Notes: generated from the sequence alone by a model not told the origin. DNA of 47,769 nucleotides from Promethearchaeota archaeon (GCA_019057795.1 JAHLWS010000081.1:1-47769); one strand, 5' to 3'. Shown: positions 29,748 through 38,889, counted from the stretch's first letter. A program made the numbers and translations.

Positions 29748-31283
29748 TTAATATGGTTGTTGCCTTAGCCATTTGATTGGATTAACATACAAATCTCTAA
29801 TGTCCTTCCGACCATAGTATAACATTGCTATACGCTCAAGTCCTTGACCCCACGCTAAAACGCGAGTGGGTTCTTTGATGCCCCAAGGATACGTTACTTC
29901 AGGCCTAAATATTCCTGAACCTCCCATTTCTAACCATTCTCCTATTTTATCGTAATATACAGAAACTTCCATACTTGGTTCGGTATACGGAAAAAACCCC
30001 GGTCTTGTAATAATTTTTTCAAATCCCATTTTCTTGTAAAATTCTGATAATAAACCGATTAAGTCGCTTAAATTTACGTGGTCGTCAATTACGATGCCTT
30101 CTATTTGAGTGAATTCAGCTAAATGTGATTTATCTAATTTTTCGTTTCGGAAAACTCTATCGATACAAAACACTTTTACAGGCGTTTTTTCGTTATCTCT
30201 ATAAAATTTAGCCAGACGCCTTATAGTTGTGGCAGTTGTATGGGTTCTTAATACTGTTTGTTTTGCAACATTTTCGTCCCATTCATAACCCCATCCAAGC
30301 GAATTAGAATCGCCCCCATTTTCGTGTGTAGCTTTAACAGCCATTACTTTATCTTTCTCCGGCAACTTCGCGATTTTTGGATTGTTTAAATAGAATGTGT
30401 CTTGTAGTTCGCGAGCAGGATGGTCTTGCGGTTGAAATAACGCGTCAAAGTTATAAAATGCACTTTCTACGATCGGTCCTCTTATTTCCGTAAAACCCAT
30501 CGAAATAAAAATCTCTCTGATTTCATTAATGAGATTAACAAGAGGATGGTATTTTCCCCCTTTCAATGAAGGTCCTGGTTTGGTCACATCAAATGCTTTT
30601 AAATTGTAATCTTTCCAAGAGCCAGTGCTGAGCATCTCCGAGGTGAGTTTGCTTACTTGCTTTAACTCTTTAATCTCAGATAATTTTATATCTCTACCCT
30701 TTTTTGTTAGAAAAATAATTCGTTGCGTTTTTTTTGCTTTTCTTATTAATTTCCTTTTATTTAGAAGGTCTAGGCATTCCAATTCATATTTTGATAATTT
30801 AGAATAGTTAAGTATTGGGCTCTTTTCGAATTTTTTCATAAATTTTTCAACTTCTGTTGTGGGGAACTCTTCAGCAACGAGAAAAATCTTGTTTTCTCCT
30901 GTAGCCTTACTTTGAGCAATCCAACGATTCTTCTTCATGTTAGAAAGACCAACGTAAAAAATCTTTTTGTCTAATTTAGATTTATTAAGGAAATCTGTTA
31001 TGCTAATCTCTTTAATGTCAGATTCAATCAATAAATTAAGCAACCTACGCTCCGGTAATTTAATTTCTAAATAATTTAACCCCTCATCGTTTAAAGATAT
31101 TTGATTTATTTCTTCTTCTCTGAATCCACCTAAATTTTGATCGATGAGATCGTTAATAGCTGCCATGAGAACTATATAATCAACATTTAATTCTTTTGCT
31201 AATTCTATTGCCATAAGCTCTGTGCTTTTACTCTTCAGAACTTTAAGAATTTCTATAACTTGTTTCTTTAATTTAATAGTCAT
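29748..31283 (-). CDS. pheS: phenylalanyl-tRNA synthetase alpha subunit (archaeal type)
   Basis: NFDALFQPQDHPARE, LRTHTT, FRNE, FPYTEPS and GLERIAM motifs. Confidence 0.96.
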   Translation of the reverse strand: MTIKLKKQVIEILKVLKSKSTELMAIELAKELNVDYIVLMAAINDLIDQNLGGFREEEINQISLNDEGLNYLEIKLPERRLLNLLIESDIKEISITDFLNKSKLDKKIFYVGLSNMKKNRWIAQSKATGENKIFLVAEEFPTTEVEKFMKKFEKSPILNYSKLSKYELECLDLLNKRKLIRKAKKTQRIIFLTKKGRDIKLSEIKELKQVSKLTSEMLSTGSWKDYNLKAFDVTKPGPSLKGGKYHPLVNLINEIREIFISMGFTEIRGPIVESAFYNFDALFQPQDHPARELQDTFYLNNPKIAKLPEKDKVMAVKATHENGGDSNSLGWGYEWDENVAKQTVLRTHTTATTIRRLAKFYRDNEKTPVKVFCIDRVFRNEKLDKSHLAEFTQIEGIVIDDHVNLSDLIGLLSEFYKKMGFEKIITRPGFFPYTEPSMEVSVYYDKIGEWLEMGGSGIFRPEVTYPWGIKEPTRVLAWGQGLERIAMLYYGRKDIRDLYVNPIKWLRQQPY

Positions 31284-31337
31284 GTCTTAAAATCAAAATC
31301 ATTTTACTTTTCGTTATATTTTTTCTAAATCTTTAAC

Positions 31338-31353
31338 CTTTTTAAATCTTTCG
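31338..31353 (-). promoter_or_regulatory. candidate BRE/TATA promoter proximal to pheS
   Basis: Minus strand CGAAAGA-TTTAAAAA about 55-70 nt upstream of the pheS ATG. Confidence 0.45.
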
Positions 31354-31357
31354 TGGA

Positions 31358-31443
31358 ATTAATCGTTTTAAATTGCTCGTTCATGAATTAGAACGATAGC
31401 TTAGGATTAACTAAAGTATACAATTAATTATAAAACGATCAAC
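31358..31443 (-). promoter_or_regulatory. candidate multibranched RNA structure upstream of pheS
   Basis: GUUGAUCGUUUUA/UAAAACGAUUAAU closing stem; inner UUAG/CUAA and UCGUUC/GAACGA hairpins. Confidence 0.45.
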
Positions 31444-31460
31444 TCTTTTAAATAACCGCA

Positions 31461-31502
31461 GCCAAGGGAAAGAAATTAAAATAATTTAGTTATTCCCTTG
31501 GC
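31461..31502 (-). promoter_or_regulatory. GC-rich inverted repeat/hairpin overlapping the leader ORF stop
   Basis: Perfect 10-bp stem GCCAAGGGAA/TTCCCTTGGC; inner AAATTA/TAATTT. Confidence 0.7.
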
Positions 31503-31579
31503 AAAATAAAGAAGTTAAAGATAAATGAATCTTTGTAGAATTGTTTTGAATTGAGTAATAAATAACTAAAAAGTTTCAT
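31490..31579 (-). CDS. putative Phe-rich leader peptide (29 aa)
   Basis: MKLFSYLLLNSKQFYKDSFIFNFFILPRE*; same strand as and upstream of pheS-pheT-pheA. Confidence 0.55.
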   Translation of the reverse strand: MKLFSYLLLNSKQFYKDSFIFNFFILPRE

Positions 31580-31647
31580 AATATACTCTTCTCAAATATT
31601 CAATAACTATAAAATAAAATATCAATATTCACTAAAAAATTTTCCTA

Positions 31648-32085
31648 CTATAGTTTTTCGCGAAGCGCTGTCGAACTCAAGATATTTTTATTCCGATCTT
31701 TTATCATAGGTATGACAATAATTATTAATGGTGTGAAACTCTTGCTTTCCCTGATTTCGTTTATTTTTAAGGCGTTTTTATAAGTCTCTTGACTGGCAAT
31801 GATTCCTTCATATTCTGGTTCGTGAACTGGAGGCCCATATGGGTCGTTTAACGGAATTATTTCAACGCGATTCAAATGTCCTATTGAATCTATAAAAGCT
31901 TTCAGGTTTTGTTCTCTAGTTTTGTAGTTTTCGATTTTTACGGCGTGCTTTTTTTTTTTAAGTAAATCTTCTGTTGTTAAACCTATAACAATCTTTTTAG
32001 AAAATAATAACGCCGTTTTAATTAGAATCTTATGTCCATCATGGAGATGATCAAAAGTTCCGCCCATTCCGACTTTATTAAAAAT
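31648..32085 (-). CDS. coaD: phosphopantetheine adenylyltransferase (archaeal type), probable ATT start
   Basis: GGTFDHLHDGH, DPYGP, SQET and LSST motifs; first strand FNKVG lies upstream of ATG 32067; ATT at 32085 follows AAGGTG. Confidence 0.88.
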   Translation of the reverse strand: MFNKVGMGGTFDHLHDGHKILIKTALLFSKKIVIGLTTEDLLKKKKHAVKIENYKTREQNLKAFIDSIGHLNRVEIIPLNDPYGPPVHEPEYEGIIASQETYKNALKINEIRESKSFTPLIIIVIPMIKDRNKNILSSTALREKL

Positions 32086-32110
32086 TTGGGAAACACCTTA
32101 CTATAAAGAA

Positions 32111-32548
32111 TTAGACCTTAACTTTTTCCTCAACTTTCTTCTTTTTTTCGTCAGTTTTTTTGGTATCTATTGTAGGCTTTTTTAACCTGACGTTGTAAAT
32201 TTGTTTTATTCTCATTGATTCGTTGCATTTATCGCATGAGCCAATTTCTTTAAATACATAATCTCCATGTTCGTAATGTCTTACATTAGTTATATTACAC
32301 AAATTACAAGCAAGTATCGTTAATGTTTGTCTAATTGGCTCTGGTATCTGCTTTTGAATTTGAATTAATGAAGTACCTACACAAATTAACGAAAAACCTA
32401 TTATTAAATTGGTCATTTGATTTTCTCCACCAAGGTAAATAAATAAAGCACCTACACCTATTAATAAAATTAATAAAATATTCTTCAGTACTTTCTTGAG
32501 AGAAACGCTCTTATTTAAGATGTCCTCATCATTTTCGTCATCAATCAT
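32111..32548 (-). CDS. two-TM membrane protein with zinc ribbon
   Basis: Two hydrophobic helices; CNLC...GDYVFK...CDKC. Confidence 0.7.
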   Translation of the reverse strand: MIDDENDEDILNKSVSLKKVLKNILLILLIGVGALFIYLGGENQMTNLIIGFSLICVGTSLIQIQKQIPEPIRQTLTILACNLCNITNVRHYEHGDYVFKEIGSCDKCNESMRIKQIYNVRLKKPTIDTKKTDEKKKKVEEKVKV

Positions 32549-32703
32549 AAATGTCTTTATCCTTATGAGTTATTAGTGATATCTAATAATCTATTCTCTA
32601 TAATAGAAAAGAATATAAGATTAAATAAATTTTGTTATTATGAAAACTTAGTAGGTTTAATTTTTCAATTATTATTTTTATTAAATATCAAGAAAGGATG
32701 TAA

Positions 32704-33858
32704 ATGATTGTACAATTAATGCAGTTAGGTCAAACGGGGACAGACCCTCTCGGTTTAATTTTTCAATTGCTGTGGTTTCTCTTAATTTTTATGTCTATGT
32801 TTTATGGAACTAAGTTACAGGCGTATCGCTCACGAAAAGAGATAGAATCCGGATTAGTTAAACTTAAAAAATGGGACGACGAATGCAAACAGATTTTACT
32901 TTCTAACTTTAGAAAATACGCTGATAAAAAAGAAAATGATAAGGACTTAATGCTAAAACTTGAAAATTTCTTAACCTTCGTTGCCATATCACCCGTATCA
33001 CTCGATCCATACGGAATAATCCCCAAAATCGATCACATTATTAAAGTAAGAGATGATCGATTTAAAGAAGAGGTCAAAAGATTAGCACCAAATGCGGAGT
33101 TAGGAAATCCTGATGCGCAAAATTTAGAAAATATACTTGAAGCCGTAATGGCTGTAGACTTTGTTTATAGACTTGTAAAGCACTTCTTAATATTAGGCAA
33201 GAAATCCAAATCTTACATAATTCTGATGCAGATTGCCATGCAGATGTCGATCATACTAGCCCTCGCTAAGTCTTATTACCACGCGACTAAAGCTTTTGCG
33301 GAAGGGAGCCCAATTGGCGACGCTCTTGGTCCCTTGGTTGCTGGCAGTTTTGTAAGAGATGTTTCAGGAAGAGACGATACGGAAGCTATCGAAATCGCGA
33401 AAGAAACAATTGTTCAAGTAGTAAATTTCGAAGATAGAACCGTTTATGTCGTTCGAGCAAAAGGCCCCGGAGGAACCGTTGGAAAACCGGGCACAGCAAT
33501 AAAGAAATTGGTCGAAGAACATGGAGAATCTATTTCCCGGATAATTATGATCGATGCGGGATTAAAACTTTCTGGAGATAAAACAGGTTCTATAGTGATT
33601 GGAGTCGGTGCTGCTATCGGAGGAATTGGAGTTGAAAAGTTTTATATTGAACAATCCTCAACTAAGACCGCAATTCCAATTGACGCCCTCATCTGTAGAC
33701 AATCTTTAGAGAATGCGATAACGACGATGTCGCGAGCAATTACTCAAAGCGTTCATCCTATTGTTGAAAAAATTAAAATGGCAATCCGGAAGCGAACTGA
33801 GAAGGGAGCCAAAATTATTGTTGCTGGTATAGGAAATACTATAGGAATAGGGGTTTAA
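32704..33858 (+). CDS. DUF1512-like archaeal conserved protein
   Basis: P.SLDP.GI, PIGD..GP, GPGGTVGKPG, IDAGLK, GVGAAIGG.G.EK and GIGNTIGIG motifs. Confidence 0.75.
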   Translation: MIVQLMQLGQTGTDPLGLIFQLLWFLLIFMSMFYGTKLQAYRSRKEIESGLVKLKKWDDECKQILLSNFRKYADKKENDKDLMLKLENFLTFVAISPVSLDPYGIIPKIDHIIKVRDDRFKEEVKRLAPNAELGNPDAQNLENILEAVMAVDFVYRLVKHFLILGKKSKSYIILMQIAMQMSIILALAKSYYHATKAFAEGSPIGDALGPLVAGSFVRDVSGRDDTEAIEIAKETIVQVVNFEDRTVYVVRAKGPGGTVGKPGTAIKKLVEEHGESISRIIMIDAGLKLSGDKTGSIVIGVGAAIGGIGVEKFYIEQSSTKTAIPIDALICRQSLENAITTMSRAITQSVHPIVEKIKMAIRKRTEKGAKIIVAGIGNTIGIGV

Positions 33859-33992
33859 TTTCGCTTTTTTTTTTAATAATTAAATTTTAACTTTCTTTAC
33901 CGTTTTATCTCCTTTAATTTTTGTATTCATTAAAAAATAAATTTAATTACTTTCAAGTAATAATAATCAGGTTATCAATTTTGTTAAAAATG

Positions 33993-35270
33993 TTAAGTAA
34001 TAGTAGAACATTTTAATAAAAATTGTTCATGCGAAGTTTGGAACACATCCCTTATTCGCACAGGTTGAAACCAGCAACCTCTATCGGATAGATTTTGAAT
34101 AAAACCATCTCCGACTACTTTTCTGAGGATGTTTAACGCTCCATTTACGTCTGCATTGAGAAGATAATTCGAGCCTCTAAATAATCCTCGTTTTGTCCGT
34201 TTACCAATGTAATTTTTATTTTTTTTAATCGGTTCTAAATCCAATGAGCTACATTTTGAAGTATAGGACTCATCAACTTCATGAATTTGAATTCCTACAA
34301 GCTGAGTTTTATAGGTTATCATTTGTTTAAGTTTTTGAATGGGGATATTCACGAAATTCTGGTTATTTCGTTTGCCCATTCTGATATTCTGTTTTATATT
34401 ATCCAAATTACCTAAACAAATGTGTCCTATTTGGTTTTTTAAGCAATATCCAACAATAAATTGGGAAGTTTTATGCAAATAATCAGTAATCACAGAGTTT
34501 CGATTAATAGTAATACTATCAAGTCTATTTGTCCACTTTAAGGACTGTTTGTCTTTTATAGAATAGAGCCTTGCTTTTCGTTTATTCCATTGTCGGTTAA
34601 TTGACTTTAAAACTCTTCCTGAAACGATAATTGGCCTAAAATTTCTGTTTTCTACCGCCGTTATTAAATTGTTCAATCCAAAATCAATAGATAAATATCT
34701 TTTTGTATCCAATTTTGATTTCCTTATTTCTTTTTTATATACTATTTCGATTTCATAAAAGATCTTTCTCGGTAAGATCCTTATTTGTTGATATGTTTCA
34801 AAGTTCTTATTTTTATAGTAAGGAATAGATATTTCTAATGGATTTTTAAAGTCAGAATATGTTTCCTTAAATAGTTTAGACATCGTAAGAATGATTTTAT
34901 TGTTATTAATCTCGCTATTTTGGTTGGTGAATATTAAAAAATTACTACGGTCTTTCTTATATTTAGGTGGTCTTGGTCTTCCATTGAACTTTTTTCGACT
35001 TTTTTTCCATTCTTTTATCGCATTGAAGAAACTTTTCCAATTTTTATCGATAATTTTAAGAATCTGTTGCGAAGTTTGAGCTTTTAATAATTTGTAGTTA
35101 TCAGAGTGTTGCAAGATAAAATTTAAATCTTGATAGCGAAGCCAATTTTCCAAATGAAAAAAATCTTGTCGTATGTACCAATTTGCCTGATTAAAAAGCT
35201 TTTTAGAAATAGTACAAAGCAAATCTAACTGAGCACTTTTAGGATGTCTAAACCTATAAGTTAATTTCAC
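33993..35270 (-). mobile_element. tnpB: TnpB RNA-guided nuclease, IS200/IS605-type solo element (no tnpA)
   Basis: QTSQQIL and PPKYKK; RuvC-I SIDFGLNN; ESYTSK; RuvC-III NADVNGALNI. Confidence 0.9.
34005..34090 (-). ncRNA. candidate omega/reRNA scaffold hairpins overlapping the tnpB 3' end
   Basis: AGGTTG/CAACCT stem at 34062-34080 and GAACA..TGTTC stem near 34007-34028; boundaries uncertain. Confidence 0.45.
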
Positions 35271-35451
35271 AGTAAGATAAAATGTTATTGTTAATTATTT
35301 AAAAGCAAAGACGCATGTTATTTTTAAAAAACTTTGGGTAAAGAAAAAATAAATAAATAAATGATTTTTATTTAAATTAATTAATATTTTTTAATTTTTT
35401 TAGTAAAAAATATGATGATATTAAAAAGTAACTTCTAAAAAAAAATAGAGT

Positions 35452-35919
35452 GTGAGAAATGTGAAACTTTTTTCTGAAGAATGGGCTCAAGAATATAAGA
35501 AGGCTCTCAATGCCAATAAAAATTACGCCGCTGCCGCGTCGTGGTGGGTTGGAGATTTTATGTTTATCTACGAACCTAGCGGAAATTTAGATCATGAAAT
35601 AAGAATATTTATTGGATTATATAAAGGGGAATGTACAGGTGTTAAAGTCTTAAAGGAAAGCGACGAATACGAACTTTTACCTGCAAACTCAGAACCAAGA
35701 CCTTTGAAAGAAGGAGAAAAAATTGGGGTAGAATTTGTATTTTCTGGGACTTACGACAACTGGTTAAAAGTATTGAGCAAAGATTTGGACCCAATTCAAG
35801 GTTTAATGGCTGGTAAGTTTAAGCTTATAGGAAACATGGCGAAAGTCATGCGTGCTACGAAGGCTGCTCAAGAAATGGTTGTAGCGACCACAATGGTCGA
35901 AGGAGCCGAATTTTTATAA
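35452..35919 (+). CDS. SCP2 sterol/lipid-binding domain protein
   Basis: FSEEW...LN; W..VL...LDPIQGLMAGKFKLIGNM. Confidence 0.85.
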   Translation: MRNVKLFSEEWAQEYKKALNANKNYAAAASWWVGDFMFIYEPSGNLDHEIRIFIGLYKGECTGVKVLKESDEYELLPANSEPRPLKEGEKIGVEFVFSGTYDNWLKVLSKDLDPIQGLMAGKFKLIGNMAKVMRATKAAQEMVVATTMVEGAEFL

Positions 35920-36086
35920 ATTTAATATTCTTTCTTTTTTTTTGATTTTTTTAAAATTGCGTTCACTGAAGTTCTCATTTTGAATTTGAACAATTTTCTA
36001 GAAAAACAATAATTGGACTATAGATAGAATTTAATAGTTAATTTTCTATGTTTAATCCAACAAACAAATAATCTATTAAAAAAAAT

Positions 36087-37109
36087 GTGATAAATTTGGG
36101 CTTGTCCAAAAAAGAATATTTTGTAAAAGATTTAATAATAGACGATGAGTACGGCGTTATAGATTCTAAGGCAACGATTCAGGAAGCCGCTAAAAAAATG
36201 AAAGAAATAGGAGTACCCGATTTGGTGGTGGTCGAAGGAGACTCTCAAAAAGTTCTTGGAGTTATAGCTGATTTTGACATCATTCAAAAAATAGTAGCAG
36301 AAGGAACAGACCCTAAGGGAGCAAATGTTATTACTACTATGTATAAAATTGAATCCGTCGCACTTAACAGCCCCGTTACAGAAGCTTTCACAAGAATGCG
36401 TGATTTGCAAGTTAATGTAGTACCCGTGGTGGAAAATGGAAAACTCATGGGCGTATGTACTATACAAGATTGTTGGAGTTATATTCCAGACGAAGATGTT
36501 GACGAAGTAGGGCTAATTCCCGTTTCTGATACGAGAACTGCCGAATTCTGGTTTGCTACTATATGTACGATATTGGCTTTTGTTTTTGGAATTGTATTGC
36601 CTTTTGGAGGGTTGTATGGATATTTTTCAGGTATTCCTACAGATCTCCTAAGTTTTTTTGGGGTAGCTGATATTCAAGGAGATTTAGTTTCATTTCACCT
36701 ATTTGAGGCGCGAGGGTTCAATTTTCTTGTACCCTTTCTTGATTTAATAGGAAGTAACGGAGCTATTTGGCTTTTAATAGTCGTATGTAGCTCTCTCCTA
36801 TTTGTATTTGGTGTGTTAACTCTATTTTCATTAATATATGCGAGTTTTTCAGATGCTAAACATATTTTTATCAGTCAAATCATAAAAACAGTTATTCCTT
36901 GGTTACTTGTATTTTTCATGGTTCTTGAGTGGATTTTACTTGGCATTGCTTTTGCTACTACGGTTCCCTCTACAAATGTGGTACCTAACGTTATTGGTTT
37001 GACAATGTCTATTATATCTATGGTTTTAATTGTAGCAGCTATTTATCGAGATTATATCTTCCGTGGAAAAGACACGTCTCAATCTATAAAAAATGAGGTG
37101 CCAAGGTAA
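36087..37109 (+). CDS. CBS-pair protein with C-terminal four-TM domain
   Basis: Two CBS repeats (EAAKKM..LVVV..GVI.D.DI; EAF.RM..VPVVENGKLMGV), then four hydrophobic helices. Confidence 0.85.
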   Translation: MINLGLSKKEYFVKDLIIDDEYGVIDSKATIQEAAKKMKEIGVPDLVVVEGDSQKVLGVIADFDIIQKIVAEGTDPKGANVITTMYKIESVALNSPVTEAFTRMRDLQVNVVPVVENGKLMGVCTIQDCWSYIPDEDVDEVGLIPVSDTRTAEFWFATICTILAFVFGIVLPFGGLYGYFSGIPTDLLSFFGVADIQGDLVSFHLFEARGFNFLVPFLDLIGSNGAIWLLIVVCSSLLFVFGVLTLFSLIYASFSDAKHIFISQIIKTVIPWLLVFFMVLEWILLGIAFATTVPSTNVVPNVIGLTMSIISMVLIVAAIYRDYIFRGKDTSQSIKNEVPR

Positions 37110-37111
37110 AA

Positions 37112-38560
37112 GTGCCCCGTGGTGGAGGCGGTGGTTTTAGAGGTGGTGGGTTTAGTGGTGGTGGTTTTAGGGGAGGCGGATTTCGTGGAGGCTCCGCAGC
37201 GTTTCGAATGGGCGGATCTAGATCAAGTGGAACGCCATTTGGCAGAACTGGTGCCACGCGAATAACCTCAAGAGCTCCAAGAGGTCCTTACCGCCACTCA
37301 TATTATAGACCGCATAGGAGATACTCTCGGTTCGGCTATCGACCATGGTATTGGCACGCGTGGTACAACCCCTGGTGGGCGGGGCGCTGGTATAGACCGT
37401 GGTATTATTCCCCCGTTTATGTTGGAGGAGGTATTATGATTGCCATCGTTTTAGGTTTAATTTTGTTGCCCCTATTTGGTCTGGCTCTATGGTTTCCTTT
37501 TAGTACTGCAGATACAGATGGCTACGTAACTTATCGTTCTACTGAAACTCTTAACTTCAACGAATATTGGTACGAATACGAGTACATTAAATCGGGAAAC
37601 GATATTACCTACTCAGTGCAATCGTCCCCAAGTATTATCAGTTTTGCAATATGGGATGAACCATTTGAGTCTTTACCAACTACGACGAAGATAGGTAGCG
37701 ATAGCGATCAGTTTCCTCTTCAGAATGACTATTACGAGTATATATCGTATTTTCTAAAACCGGGTTCTTCGATTCATTACAATTATAATGCGTCAGGTCA
37801 GATTGATTTCTTCATTGCGAACGGATACGATATTAACGAGTGGAATCAAGGAGGCAGTCCATCCTTTTACGTATTTGAAGACAATGTGGACCAAGGTAGT
37901 GGGGATTATTCAGTTTCGGAAGCAAGAGATTATTATCTCGTTTGGTACAACGAAGGTGTATCTACAGTTAATGTTAACATTACAATCAATTATTCCGCTG
38001 CTAATGTAGTAGATCTAACGGAAGCAGATTATTATGTTGAAGGTGTATATTCAATAAATCAAAGTACTTTTACAGTTCCGAACGATGGAAATTGGTATTT
38101 TTTCGTTTACTTTGACCCCATGTTATCTCCAGAAGAAACTACGGACATTACATTTGATGTATCGTACGATACCAGAGTTACTTCTACTGATAGGTGGGTA
38201 AGTATTCAACCTATTTTGATTACAATTATAGTGGTTGCTGGTATCGTGATTGTTGCCGCACTTATTGCTCGAAGTGGACAAAAGAAATTAAAATCGAAAC
38301 CATCATCTAAAGCAATTCCTGCAAAAACGCCTGTAAAAGCAGTTAAATCGTCAACTTCTAAATGTATACGCTGTGGCTCTGTAGTCCGGAAAGACGCCCA
38401 CTTCTGCCCGAGCTGTGGAGGTAAAATTGAAGGCAGAAGTATTGGAACACCTTCAAAAGTTACCCCAGCTAATTCTAAATCGTGTTCTTTATGTGGCAGT
38501 AAACTATCAACGAGTGACAAATTCTGTAAATGGTGTGGGACTGAGGTAGAGTTTAGGTAG
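37112..38560 (+). CDS. two-TM membrane protein: RGG-rich N-terminus, beta-rich external domain, C-terminal double zinc ribbon
   Basis: GGGFRGG repeats; TM helices; CIRC..CPSCG and CSLCG..CKWCG; starts 2 nt after the CBS gene. Confidence 0.85.
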   Translation: MPRGGGGGFRGGGFSGGGFRGGGFRGGSAAFRMGGSRSSGTPFGRTGATRITSRAPRGPYRHSYYRPHRRYSRFGYRPWYWHAWYNPWWAGRWYRPWYYSPVYVGGGIMIAIVLGLILLPLFGLALWFPFSTADTDGYVTYRSTETLNFNEYWYEYEYIKSGNDITYSVQSSPSIISFAIWDEPFESLPTTTKIGSDSDQFPLQNDYYEYISYFLKPGSSIHYNYNASGQIDFFIANGYDINEWNQGGSPSFYVFEDNVDQGSGDYSVSEARDYYLVWYNEGVSTVNVNITINYSAANVVDLTEADYYVEGVYSINQSTFTVPNDGNWYFFVYFDPMLSPEETTDITFDVSYDTRVTSTDRWVSIQPILITIIVVAGIVIVAALIARSGQKKLKSKPSSKAIPAKTPVKAVKSSTSKCIRCGSVVRKDAHFCPSCGGKIEGRSIGTPSKVTPANSKSCSLCGSKLSTSDKFCKWCGTEVEFR

Positions 38561-38889
38561 AGTCGTAAATCCTTAAATTCTCAAAAAACAAAACCAAAAT
38601 TCTTATATTTTTACATCTTTTTTTTTAATTTAAAGCAGTAAAATATTGTTAGTTGCATTATTAAAATGTTAAAGTTGTTTTTGAGCTTATGTTTTAAATT
38701 AAAGTTGAGAAAAATTTTTTTATATTGTATACTATTTAGCATTGTAACTTTTTTTTTAATAAGTTCAGAGATATTCTTTGAGATTCCAGGGTATTTTTTT
38801 TAATTTTTTTCAGTTGTTGTATTGTAATAGCTGTATTTTATTTACAAAATAAACAAAATAAAATCTGCGTTATTTTAGATACAAAACTG

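Noticed and set aside
31284-31647. T-box riboswitch upstream of pheS
   Set aside because: No GGTGG.ACC T-box consensus on the sense strand
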